The notes below the pieces were generated by a model. It saw only the letters and a program-made list of their open reading frames with translations. It made no database searches and was not told where the DNA came from. The translations under genes and the position numbers were made by a program. Below are positions 21,326 to 31,231 of a stretch of 64,000 nt of DNA, in pieces (within the stretch, counting starts at the first letter, position 1; each line of letters opens with the position of its first letter). The DNA lies in contig OY970192.1 of assembly GCA_963708135.1 (NCBI GenBank), forward strand, positions 3,008,001-3,072,000, written 5' to 3'. The DNA is from an uncultured Gemmatimonadales bacterium (lineage in GTDB: Bacteria > Gemmatimonadota > Gemmatimonadetes > Longimicrobiales > RSA9).

Positions 21326-23878
21326 ATGACTGAATCGGCGACGAGCCGGAGCGCGCGCCTGCGCGAGCTCCTCATCTCCCTCGCGGTCCTCGCGGTCCCG
21401 ATGGCCGCGGCGGCGCTGCTCCCGCGTGCGCTGGCGGACTACGAGGCGCTGCTCTGGCTGCTCGCGCTGGTCCCGGGGTTCCTGCTGGCCTATGAGCGCG
21501 GCCTGCGCGGCGTGGCGACGGCGCTGGCGTTCGGGATGGCGGTGCTCTCCCTGACCTATCTGGTGCTTCACCTGACGGGGCATCCGCCACCGCGGACGCT
21601 CTGGGCGGTGGTGCTCGTCTACGTGGCGGCGACGCTCGGGGCGGGGGCGCTCGTGGAGCGCGTGCGCGCGGAGCGGCAGAAGCGCGACCCGGCGGCGCAC
21701 CTGGATCCGCAGACGGGGCTGCCGGACCGGCGCTACGCGGAGCTGCACCTCGAGCGGGAGATCGCGGCGGCGGCGCGTGGGCGGCCGCTGTCGGTGGTGC
21801 TGCTCCGGGTGGAGGTTGCGGCGGAGGGGAGGTCCGCGGAGCGGCTGGCGGCGGCGCTGCGTTCGGCGGCGCGTCGCCTGGGCTCGATTACGCGGCGCAT
21901 GAACGTGACGGCGCGCTACGATGAGCGGACGTTCCTCTGCCTGCTGGGGGGCTGCGACGAGGAGGGCGCGCTCGGCTTCTCGCGGCGGGCGCGCACGGTG
22001 CTGCGGGAGGAGGGGCCGGCGGATCCGCCGCTGCCGGTGAGCGTGGGAGTGGCCTGCTACCGGCCGAGCCAACGGGGCGTGGCGGATCTCCTGGACGCGG
22101 CGGAGCGGGCGCTGGAGGAGGGCGTGCGGGAGGGCGGCGACCGGCTGCGCGTGGCCGCGCGAGCGGTCGAGCCGCCGGCGCCGCCGGAAGCGGGGCCGAC
22201 GGTGTGGGAGGGCGGCGCGCCGCGGTTCGCGCCGCGCCGCGTGGACCCGCCGCCGGTCGGGCTGCTTGGCAGGGGCCGGCGGGCGCTGGTCTTCGTGCGC
22301 GACGCGGCGGCGCGGGAGCGGCTCGCGCGCGAGCTGCGGATGGAAAGCTTCCAGACGGCGGCCACGGGCGATCTGGCCGACGGCATCGGGGAGGTGGACG
22401 TGGACGTGCTGTTCGCGGACCTGGGTGCCGCGGCCGCGGCGGCCTACGTGGCCGATGTTCGGGAGCACAGTCCGATCACGCGCATCGTCGGCGTGGCGCC
22501 GGCGAAGGTTCGCGACCCGCGCGAGCTGTTCACGACGCGGCTGGACGCGTACTACGTGGCGGAGTCGTCGTACCTGACGTTCCGGCCGCAGCTGGCAGAG
22601 CTGCTCGCGGAGCGCGACTGGATCCGCGCGGCGGACAGCCGGGTGCAGCAGCTCCTGGCGGAGGTCCGGGCCACGGCGCGCGAGTCGCGCGAGGCAACGC
22701 GCCACTCGGAAGAGATGCTCCAGCGCTCGCAGAAGATGGACGCGGTCGGGCGGCTGGCGGGGGGGATCGCGCACGACTTCAACAACCTGCTCACCACCGT
22801 GCGGGGCCACGTCGAGCTGCTGATGGAGGACCTGCCCGAGGCCGATCCGATGCGCTCCGACCTCGTCGAGATCCGCGAGGCGACGACACGCGCAACCGGG
22901 CTCACCCGCCAGCTCCTCACCTTCACCAGCAGGCGCGTCGGGCAGCCCCGGATGGTCGACCTCGGCGCGGCGGTGCAGGAGATGGAGCGGATGCTCCGGC
23001 GCGTGATCGGCGAGAACATCGAGCTGGAGACGATCCTCGGGGAGGGCGACCTCCACGTGAAGGCCGACGGCGCCCAGCTCGACCAGATCATTCTCAACCT
23101 CGCCGTAAACGCCCGCGATGCCATGCCCGACGGCGGCCGCCTCCACATCGCCGTGGACGGCCTCTCGCTCCGCGACCCGGCCGCGCACGGCGTCGAGCTC
23201 CCCGCCGGCGAGTACGTCCGGCTGCGCGTCCGCGATACCGGCCCGGGCATGGACGCCGCCCTGCGCGCCCGCATCTTCGAGCCGTTCTTCACCACCAAGG
23301 GACCGAACCGCGGGACCGGCCTCGGCCTCTCCACCGTTCAGGGCATCGTCCGGCAGGGCGGCGGCGAGATCACCGTCGAGAGCGAGCCCGGCGCCGGCAC
23401 CACCTTCATCATCCTGCTTCCCCGCGCCCGCGAGCCGCTCGCCCTGCCGCGCTCCCGCAACGGCACCGGGGCCGCCGCCCCGCCCGCCTCCGGCACGCCG
23501 GCGATCCTGCTCGTCGAGGACGAGGACGCCGTCCGCCGGCTCGTCGGCCGCATCCTCGGCGAGGCGGGCCGGCACGTGATCGTCGCGCCCACGCCCGCGC
23601 TCGGGCTCGAGATCCTCGCCCGCGACGACGCCCGCGACGGCGCCATCGCCCTGCTCATCTCCGATCTCGTGATGCCCGGGATGGACGGCGTGGAGCTCGC
23701 CCGCCGCGCCCGCGCCATGCGGCCCACCCTGCCGATCCTCTTCGTGTCCGGATACGGCGAGGAGGCCGTGGCGCGCCACGATCTGCCCGCGGACGCCGCC
23801 ATCCTCGAGAAGCCCTTCACGCCCCGCGAGCTCGAGGCCCGCGTGCGGGCCCTGCTCGCCGGCTCCGAAACGGCCTGA
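21326..23878 (+). CDS. membrane hybrid sensor histidine kinase/response regulator with degenerate GGDEF domain
   Basis: N-terminal TMs; DPQTGLPDRR...RYDERTF; AHDFNNLL; NARDA, DTGPGM, FTTK and GTGLGL; C-terminal receiver VEDE..SD..MP..KPF. Confidence 0.85.
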   Translation: MTESATSRSARLRELLISLAVLAVPMAAAALLPRALADYEALLWLLALVPGFLLAYERGLRGVATALAFGMAVLSLTYLVLHLTGHPPPRTLWAVVLVYVAATLGAGALVERVRAERQKRDPAAHLDPQTGLPDRRYAELHLEREIAAAARGRPLSVVLLRVEVAAEGRSAERLAAALRSAARRLGSITRRMNVTARYDERTFLCLLGGCDEEGALGFSRRARTVLREEGPADPPLPVSVGVACYRPSQRGVADLLDAAERALEEGVREGGDRLRVAARAVEPPAPPEAGPTVWEGGAPRFAPRRVDPPPVGLLGRGRRALVFVRDAAARERLARELRMESFQTAATGDLADGIGEVDVDVLFADLGAAAAAAYVADVREHSPITRIVGVAPAKVRDPRELFTTRLDAYYVAESSYLTFRPQLAELLAERDWIRAADSRVQQLLAEVRATARESREATRHSEEMLQRSQKMDAVGRLAGGIAHDFNNLLTTVRGHVELLMEDLPEADPMRSDLVEIREATTRATGLTRQLLTFTSRRVGQPRMVDLGAAVQEMERMLRRVIGENIELETILGEGDLHVKADGAQLDQIILNLAVNARDAMPDGGRLHIAVDGLSLRDPAAHGVELPAGEYVRLRVRDTGPGMDAALRARIFEPFFTTKGPNRGTGLGLSTVQGIVRQGGGEITVESEPGAGTTFIILLPRAREPLALPRSRNGTGAAAPPASGTPAILLVEDEDAVRRLVGRILGEAGRHVIVAPTPALGLEILARDDARDGAIALLISDLVMPGMDGVELARRARAMRPTLPILFVSGYGEEAVARHDLPADAAILEKPFTPRELEARVRALLAGSETA

Positions 23879-23893
23879 GGCTCCGGCCGGACC

Positions 23894-24349
23894 CTACTCC
23901 CGCGGGCCTCGGAGCTCCACCGAGCGGCGTCGGATGCGGCGGCTGAGCGCCTCCACGTGGCGCCGGTCGCGACGCCGCTCCCGCCGCTTCTCCGGCGACT
24001 CCAACTCGAGCCGGTCCTCCACCTTCACGACCCCCTTCACCCGCGTCGCCATCGCCAGCGCCAGGCGCCGCTCCTTCTCGTTGCGGACCATCCCCGACAC
24101 GACCACCACGCCCTCGTCCACCTCCTCCACGTCCAGCGGCCGGCGCCCCAGAACCGGATCGCCCCAGAGCGCATCCAGCACGCGGTCCTCGATGCGGGTG
24201 CGTCGCCGGCCCTGCCAGGCTTCCTTCACCAGATGGCGACCCCGCCGCGAGATCAGCAGCCCGCTCACCACCGCGCCCAGCCCGATCGCGCCCGCCACCC
24301 CGATCTTCACCGCCAGGCTGCTCGTCCCCAGATCGCTCTCTCTCGCCAT
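23894..24349 (-). CDS. BON domain-containing membrane protein
   Basis: TM followed by GVVVVSGMV...ATRVKGVVKVEDRL. Confidence 0.75.
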   Translation of the reverse strand: MARESDLGTSSLAVKIGVAGAIGLGAVVSGLLISRRGRHLVKEAWQGRRRTRIEDRVLDALWGDPVLGRRPLDVEEVDEGVVVVSGMVRNEKERRLALAMATRVKGVVKVEDRLELESPEKRRERRRDRRHVEALSRRIRRRSVELRGPRE

Positions 24350-24580
24350 CGGTTCCTTCGCCTCCTCGCTCGACTTCCCCGCCCGCCGCCCACCATTCCC
24401 GGTGCCGTGCTACTTGTGCGGCTTCCGCGCCTGGCGCGCAAGCTCGCCGCCGCCGGATGAGCGGCCCCGCCCCGGGTAGCGGCGCGCTACCAGTCGATGC
24501 CGCGCTGCCCGCGCTGGCCCGTGCCTTCGCCCATATCGGCCCCGGTATGGGCGGCGCGGCCGCTACCTCGATGGCGAGCC

Positions 24581-25413
24581 TCACCCGTCCGAGCGCCGGA
24601 GCACGAAAGCGTCGGCCGCCGTCAGCTCCTCCGCCCGCGCCGCCAGTGCCTCGAGGTCGTCCTCCGCGCCAATGAGCCTCCCGGACAGCCCGTCCGCACG
24701 GCCCGACGCGAGAAAGAGAAGCCCGTCCACGGCGCGCGGGAGAGGGGCGTCGGCGCCGCGCGCCAGCCGGTCGTGGAAGCGCGCGCGGACCTCGGGGTCG
24801 ACATCGTCGCCTTCCGCCAGGTGCTCGGTCATCGCCGTGCGATGGAAGCCCGGGTTGTAGGCGAACGCGACGACGCCCGTGTCCTCCAGCTCGCCCGCCA
24901 GGTCCTCGCTCCAGTGCGTGAGCGCGGCCTTGGACGTGGCGTACGCCGACCAGCCGGGACCCGCCTTCATGGCCGCGCCGCTCGAGACGTTGACGATCCG
25001 CCCGTGGCCCGCCTCCACCATCCCGGGCAGCACCGCACAGGCGCACAGGTAGCAGCCCAGCAGGTTCACCTCCTGCGTGTGCCACCAGAGCGCCGGGTCC
25101 ACCTCCCACGAGCGGCCAGTCGGCCCGACCGTCCCGGCGTTGTTGACCAGCAGCCCGATCGGCCCGTACGCCGCTTCCACCCCGACGACGAGCCGCTCCA
25201 CCGCCCCCTCGTCCGTCACGTCCGCCGGCACCGCCAGCGCCCGCCCGCCTCCTGGATCGCCCGCTCCGCCGCCTCGAGCTCCGCCTCGTCGCGCGCGGCG
25301 AGGGCGACCAGCGCCCCCGCCGCGGCCAGCGCCTCCGCGTACGCGCGCCCCAGCCCCCGCCCGCCCCCCGTCACCAGCGCGACCTGCCCGCCGAGATCCA
25401 CCCGCTCCGTCAT
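24581..25413 (-). pseudogene. SDR family oxidoreductase, frameshifted near 25240-25245
   Basis: TGGGRGLG in one frame; NNAG and YATSK in another. Confidence 0.8.
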
Positions 25414-25586
25414 GCTCCGCCCCCCTGTGGAGGATGCTCACCGCGTTTCCGCCGTCCGCGGCAGTGTGGGCCGTCCCGTCGCCCGGCGCAAACCTCGGAG
25501 TGGCATCAAACGTTTGCCGTTCGCCCGCCGATCCCCCACATTGCCCAGGCACACCCCTTTGCCACCACACGCACCGCGAACCGGCC

Positions 25587-28500
25587 ATGCGCGCACTCCA
25601 GCTCCGCGCGAGCATCCTGCTCGCCGCCTCCGCCTCCGCACTCCCGGCCGCCGGCGCTCTCTCCGCGCAGGGGACGGGCGGCGGGAACGTCGCCTACAGC
25701 CCCGCGCTGTATCGGCAGCTGACCTGGCGGAATGTGGGGCCCGCGCGCGGCGGGCGGGTCACCGCCGTGGCCGGCATCCCGAGCGAGCCGGCGACCTTCT
25801 ACATGGGTTCCACCGGCGGCGGCGTATGGAAGACGGAGGACTACGGCCAGACCTGGCGTAACGTCACGGACGGGCAGATCGAGGTCGGCTCGATCGGGGC
25901 CATCGACGTCTCCCGCTCGAACCCGGACATCGTCTACGTCGGCACCGGCTCCGAGGCGATCCGCAGCAACGTCTCCACCGGTCGCGGCGTCTACAAGTCC
26001 ATGGATGCGGGGAAAACCTGGAAATTCGTCGGTCTGCGCGATGCCGGGCAGATCGGCGCAGTGCGCATCGACCCGAAGAACCCGGACCGCGTATTCCTGG
26101 CCGTGCTCGGCCATGCCTTCGCCGGTAGCGACATCCGCGGCGTCTACCGCACCACGGACGGCGGCGCCAACTGGCAGCGCGTGCTCTTCCTCTCCGACAG
26201 CACGGGCGCAGTGGACCTGGCCCTGGACCCGTCCAACCCCGACGTGCTCTACGCCGCCATGTGGCGCGCGCAGCGGAAGCCGTGGACGATTATCAGCGGC
26301 TCTTCCACGGAGGACGGCATCTACAAGAGCACCGATGGGGGCGACCACTGGACGCACCTGACGAAGGGGCTGCCCACCGGCCTCGTCGGCAAGATCGCCC
26401 TGTCGATCCCGGACGTCATGCCGAATCGCGTCTACGCGCTGGTCGAGGCCGTGGACACCGCGCGCGGCGTCTACCGCTCCGACGACGCCGGCGCCAGCTG
26501 GCGGCACCTGAACCACGACTTCGAGCTGCTCCACCGCCCCTGGTACTACGACCGCATCACCGCGGACCCGAAGAACGCCGACGTGCTCTACGTCAACAAC
26601 GAGCCCTTCTTCGAGTCCACCGACGGCGGGCGCACCTTCCACCGCCTGCGCACACCGCACGGGGACAATCACGCGCTCTGGATCAATCCGGCCGATCCGC
26701 GGATCATGATCCAGTCGAACGACGGCGGCGCGAATGTCACCCTGAACGGCGGCCGCACCTGGTCCACGCAGTACAACCAGCCCACGGCCGAGCTCTACCA
26801 GGTCCACCTGGACGACCGCTTCCCGTACCGCCTGTATGCGGCGCAGCAGGACAACACCACGGTCATGGTCCCCAGCCTGCCGCCCATGGACTACCGCGTC
26901 GATGACCCCGTCCAGCTCTGGGAGGCCGTGGGCGGCTGCGAGACCGGGCCGGCCATCCCCAAGCCCGGCGACCCCGACATCGTCTACGACAACTGCAAGG
27001 GCCGCTTCAGCGTCTACGACCGCCGCACCGGCCAGGAGCGCGAGTACGATGTAGGCGACGTCTCCATGTACGGCACCCCGCCCGAGAATCTGCCGTACCG
27101 CTTCCAGCGCGTCTCGCCGATCGAGGTCAGCCCCTTTGACCCGAACACCGTCTACTACGGCTCGCAGTACCTGCATCGCACGACCGACGAGGGTCGCCAC
27201 TGGGAGACCATCTCGCCCGACCTCACCGCCCACCCGCCCGGCACCCAGGGCGTCTCCGGCGGCCCGATCACCCGCGACATCACGGGCGAAGAGGTCTACA
27301 GCACCATCTACGCGATCGAGGCGAGCCCGCTCGAGAAGGGCGTCATCTGGACCGGCTCCAACGACGGCCTCGTCTACGTCACCCGCGATGACGGGAAGAC
27401 CTGGACGAACGTCACGCCGAAGGACATGCCGCCCGGCGGCCGCGTGCAGAACATCGGCGTCTCGCCGCACCGGCCGGGCAGCGCGTACATCGCCTACTAC
27501 CGCTTCCTGCTCGACGACTTCCGGCCCTTCATCTACCGAACCAACGACTACGGGAGCACCTGGACGCTGCTCACGAACGGCAGGAACGGCATCCCGGAGG
27601 ACCAGCCCACCCGGGTCGTCCGCGAGGACCCCGTCCGCCCCGGCCTCCTCTACGCCGGCACCGAGATGGGGATCTACGCCTCCTTCGACGATGGCGCCCG
27701 CTGGCAGCCGCTCCAGCTCGGCCTGCCGGCCACGCCCGTCACGGACCTCCGAGTGAAGGACGGCGACCTCGTCATCTCCACCATGGGCCGCTCGTTCTGG
27801 ATGCTCCACGACATCGCGCCGCTGCGCGAGCTCACGCCGGAGGTAGCGGACGCCGCCGCGCATCTGTTCGCGCCCGCGCTCGCATACCGGATGCGGTATG
27901 CCCAGCTCGGCAACGGCCCCGCCGACCCGCGGTACCCGCCACCCGGCGCCGCCATCGACTACAGCCTCGGCGGCAGCGCCGCGAACGGTCCCGTGCGCAT
28001 CGACATCCTGGACGACAGCGGGCAGGTGGTCCGCAGCTTCTCGAGCGAGCAGGGTGCCGCCGCGGCGGGCGATGCGGGCGCGGCCGCCCCGTCGCGCGCC
28101 GCCAGCGCCGGCGGCGGCCAGGGGGCGCCCTCCTCGCGCGCGCGCGGCGGCCCGGCGCCTGGGGTTGCGGCACCCGACCCCGCCGCCGGCACCCCCCGCC
28201 TCGAGACCGGCCCCGGCGCGCACCGGGTCTTCTGGGACCTGCGCCTGCCCGTGCCGTGGAAGACCACGCCCGGCCGCTTCGGCCGCCGCGGTCCCATGGC
28301 GCTGCCGGGTAGCTATACGGTCCGGCTCACCGCCGCCGGCACCACGCAGGAGAAGCCGCTCACGGTGAAGCTCGACCCGCGTGTGGCCCGCTCCGGCGTG
28401 AGCCAGGCCGACCTCGTCGCCCAGTACGGCCTGGCCACGAGCGTGCGCGACCTGCTCGGCCGCGCCGAGGCCGACCTGGCGCGCGTGAAGGCCGAGCTGC

Positions 28501-28718
28501 GCACCGCCACCGGCGGCCGCCGCACCCGGCTCGAAGCCGCCCGCGCCCGCCTCGAGACCGCGCCGGGCAGCTACCCGCAGCCGATGCTCGTGGACCAGAT
28601 CGCCTACCTCTACGGCATCCTCGACCGCGCCGACTACCGCCCCGGCCAGGATGCGTACACGCGGTACCAGGAGCTGGCGAAGCAGCTGGGGGCGGTGGAG
28701 GCGGCGGTCGGCTCGTAA
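25587..28718 (+). CDS. secreted VPS10/sortilin-like BNR-repeat beta-propeller protein (putative glycosyl hydrolase)
   Basis: Signal peptide; WRNVGPARGGRV; many SxDxGxTW Asp-box repeats. Confidence 0.85.
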   Translation: MRALQLRASILLAASASALPAAGALSAQGTGGGNVAYSPALYRQLTWRNVGPARGGRVTAVAGIPSEPATFYMGSTGGGVWKTEDYGQTWRNVTDGQIEVGSIGAIDVSRSNPDIVYVGTGSEAIRSNVSTGRGVYKSMDAGKTWKFVGLRDAGQIGAVRIDPKNPDRVFLAVLGHAFAGSDIRGVYRTTDGGANWQRVLFLSDSTGAVDLALDPSNPDVLYAAMWRAQRKPWTIISGSSTEDGIYKSTDGGDHWTHLTKGLPTGLVGKIALSIPDVMPNRVYALVEAVDTARGVYRSDDAGASWRHLNHDFELLHRPWYYDRITADPKNADVLYVNNEPFFESTDGGRTFHRLRTPHGDNHALWINPADPRIMIQSNDGGANVTLNGGRTWSTQYNQPTAELYQVHLDDRFPYRLYAAQQDNTTVMVPSLPPMDYRVDDPVQLWEAVGGCETGPAIPKPGDPDIVYDNCKGRFSVYDRRTGQEREYDVGDVSMYGTPPENLPYRFQRVSPIEVSPFDPNTVYYGSQYLHRTTDEGRHWETISPDLTAHPPGTQGVSGGPITRDITGEEVYSTIYAIEASPLEKGVIWTGSNDGLVYVTRDDGKTWTNVTPKDMPPGGRVQNIGVSPHRPGSAYIAYYRFLLDDFRPFIYRTNDYGSTWTLLTNGRNGIPEDQPTRVVREDPVRPGLLYAGTEMGIYASFDDGARWQPLQLGLPATPVTDLRVKDGDLVISTMGRSFWMLHDIAPLRELTPEVADAAAHLFAPALAYRMRYAQLGNGPADPRYPPPGAAIDYSLGGSAANGPVRIDILDDSGQVVRSFSSEQGAAAAGDAGAAAPSRAASAGGGQGAPSSRARGGPAPGVAAPDPAAGTPRLETGPGAHRVFWDLRLPVPWKTTPGRFGRRGPMALPGSYTVRLTAAGTTQEKPLTVKLDPRVARSGVSQADLVAQYGLATSVRDLLGRAEADLARVKAELRTATGGRRTRLEAARARLETAPGSYPQPMLVDQIAYLYGILDRADYRPGQDAYTRYQELAKQLGAVEAAVGS

Positions 28719-28798
28719 GCGCCACCCTCCGCTCGAGATACGCCGCGCCCGCCGCATCGGTGCGCCGGCAGCAATGAATCAGAACCGGAGAACGCAGA

Positions 28799-29236
28799 GT
28801 GAAGAAGCTCCGCGGGCCGCTGGCCGGCCCTCTCCCCACCGCCGTCCGTCGCGCGGGCGCTCCGCTCGCCGTCTTCCTGCTCGCGGCCGCGCTCGCCGGC
28901 TGCATCGACGGGGTCGCGCCCACGGCGCCGGACCCGCCCGCGACGCCCGCCGCTCCGCCGGAGACGGCCCAGCCCTCGCTCACCGTCAGCCCGCGCGCCG
29001 ACACGGTGATCGCGGGCGGGCGGGACACGCTGGCGGTCACGCTGCTCGGCCTCTCCTCGACGGCCGACGATGCCATCGACTGGGAGAGCCCGGACACGAG
29101 CATCGCCGCCGTGCAGCCGCTCGATTCCACCCACGCGGTGGTGCTCGCCCGGAAGCCCGGCATGACCCTGGTCATCGTGAGCCTCCGGAGCACGCCGGCC
29201 GTGCAGATGGCCATGCACGTGACCGTCAGACCGTGA
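28799..29236 (+). CDS. lipoprotein with Ig-like (Big_2-type) domain
   Basis: LAGC lipobox; LTVSP...WESPDTSIAAV. Confidence 0.6.
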   Translation: MKKLRGPLAGPLPTAVRRAGAPLAVFLLAAALAGCIDGVAPTAPDPPATPAAPPETAQPSLTVSPRADTVIAGGRDTLAVTLLGLSSTADDAIDWESPDTSIAAVQPLDSTHAVVLARKPGMTLVIVSLRSTPAVQMAMHVTVRP

Positions 29237-29321
29237 GCCGCGCCGGCCACGGCGGCCGCGACGCCGCGCCGGTCGCCCGCGCCCGCGGGCGCCGTGACCA
29301 CTCCCACGCCGGAGACGCTCC

Positions 29322-30572
29322 ATGCGACGTAGCCGCCTCGCCCTCGTCGCCTTCCTCCTCGTGCCCGCCGCCGCGAGCGCGCAGGCCGGCACGGCCGCGC
29401 CGCGGCCCGTCACCCTCCACGCCGCGCGACTGATCGACGGCCGCGGCCACCTGGTGCGGGATGCCACGCTCACCGTGGCGGGCGGGAAGATCACGGGCGT
29501 GCGCGCGGGCGCCGCCGGCGCGGCCGACTACGAGCTCGGGGACGCCACGCTCCTGCCCGGGCTCATCGACGTGCACGCCCATATCGCCTGGTACTTCAAC
29601 CGGCAGGGCCGCCTCCACACGCGCCGCGACGGCGATACGCCGCAGGAGGAGCTTCTTTCCGCCGCGGCCAACGCGTATGCCACCCTCATGGCCGGCTTCA
29701 CCACGATCCAGAGCCCCGGCTCGCCGGAGGACGCCGACCTGCGCGACTGGATCGCCACGCAGGGGCTTCCCGGCCCCCGCATTCTGACCTCGCTCCAGCC
29801 GCTCTCGAGCGACACCCTCTCGCCCGACCACCTGCGCGAGATCGTGCGCGAGCGGAAGAAGCAGGGCGCGGACTTCATCAAGATCTTCGCCTCGAAGAGC
29901 ATCCGCGACGGCGGCGCCCGGACCTGGTCCGACGCCCAGCTCTCCGCCGCGTGTGGCGAGGCGAAGGCGCTGGGGCTCAGGACGCTGGTCCACGCCCACA
30001 GCGACGCGGCCGTCCGTGCCGCCACGCTGGCCGGCTGCACCGAGGTCGAGCACGGCATCTTCGTCGCCGACAGCACGCTGGCCCTGATGGCGCGCACCCA
30101 CACGCTCTTCGACCCGCAGTGCTCGCTCGTCTTCACGAACTACCTCGACCACCGCGCCAACTACCAGGGCATCGGCAACTACAACGACGCCGGCTTCGCC
30201 TCGATGGAGAAGGCGATCCCCCTCGCCGTGGACGGCGTGAGACGGGCCCTGGCCACGCCCGGCATCGAGGTCCCTTACGGCACGGACGCCGTGGCCGGCG
30301 CCGACGGCCGCAACGCCGAGGACCTGGTCTGCCGCGTCCAGAAGGCCGGCCAGGCGCCGATGGACGCGCTCACCTCGGCGACCTCGACGAGCGCCCGCTC
30401 CCTCGGCCTCGGCGACGAGATCGGCACGCTCGCGCCCGGCTACGACGCCGACGTGATCGCCGTGGCCGGCGACCCGCTGAAGGACATGACAGCCGTGCGC
30501 CGGGTGGTCTTCGTGATGAAGGGTGGAGTGGTCTACAGGAACGTGGCGGTGGCGCGGACGCAGGCGCGGTGA
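29322..30572 (+). CDS. secreted metal-dependent amidohydrolase
   Basis: PGLIDVHAH, IKIF, HAH, EHG, GTD and GYDADVIAV motifs. Confidence 0.88.
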   Translation: MRRSRLALVAFLLVPAAASAQAGTAAPRPVTLHAARLIDGRGHLVRDATLTVAGGKITGVRAGAAGAADYELGDATLLPGLIDVHAHIAWYFNRQGRLHTRRDGDTPQEELLSAAANAYATLMAGFTTIQSPGSPEDADLRDWIATQGLPGPRILTSLQPLSSDTLSPDHLREIVRERKKQGADFIKIFASKSIRDGGARTWSDAQLSAACGEAKALGLRTLVHAHSDAAVRAATLAGCTEVEHGIFVADSTLALMARTHTLFDPQCSLVFTNYLDHRANYQGIGNYNDAGFASMEKAIPLAVDGVRRALATPGIEVPYGTDAVAGADGRNAEDLVCRVQKAGQAPMDALTSATSTSARSLGLGDEIGTLAPGYDADVIAVAGDPLKDMTAVRRVVFVMKGGVVYRNVAVARTQAR

Positions 30573-30592
30573 GGGGGGCGAGTGTCCGCGCA

Positions 30593-30626
30593 GCCCCGAG
30601 CGGCGGACGAGAACGCCGCTCGGGGC
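30593..30626. terminator. 13-bp GC hairpin between convergent genes
   Basis: GCCCCGAGCGGCG-N8-CGCCGCTCGGGGC; no U-tract. Confidence 0.5.
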
Positions 30627-30641
30627 GCGCTACCGTGTGGC

Positions 30642-31076
30642 CTACTCGAAGAGCAGCCAGGCCGGCTCGCCGCTCGAGCGGGAGAGATCCACGGCCCGCT
30701 TCACGGCCGCCGTCCTGGCGCTCCGGGAGGCGCCGGCCGGGACCTCGACCATGCCCGCGCCGTCGCGCGGCACCATCCCCGTCCGCCCGCCCGCGCACTG
30801 CACCGTGATCGTCATGGGGCTGTAGATGCCGAACGTGATGACCGTGGCGACCTCGTTCAGGAAACTGTGCTGCGTCTCCACCCTGGCCACGCCATTGGGG
30901 CACTTCGAGGCCGTCTCGACGATGGGTGGCGGCACCAGGCCGTCGAGGAAGCTGTTGGCCCACGGCTTCGTCACGACCTGGCCGTTCGGCTGCAGGCCGG
31001 TCTCGATGATGGCGTGGTAGCACCCCGCCATGGCCAGGAAGCTGACCAGCAGGAATGCGTTGCGGATCGACCGCAT
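30642..31076 (-). CDS. Bor/Iss-like lipoprotein
   Basis: MAGC lipobox; C..GVARVETQHSFLN...GIYSP..ITVQC. Confidence 0.7.
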   Translation of the reverse strand: MRSIRNAFLLVSFLAMAGCYHAIIETGLQPNGQVVTKPWANSFLDGLVPPPIVETASKCPNGVARVETQHSFLNEVATVITFGIYSPMTITVQCAGGRTGMVPRDGAGMVEVPAGASRSARTAAVKRAVDLSRSSGEPAWLLFE

Positions 31077-31231
31077 GGATACCTCCGTCGGTAGCAGGGA
31101 CGCGCTCGGCTCGGTAACGCAGCTGAATCGTGCCGACCTCTCGCCGCGCCCGGGGGGGCGCGCGTCGGCGGCCGTATGGATGCCGGCCAGGCTCGGGCAG
31201 GTCAAGGGCGCCATGTCGGCCGCCGAAACCG

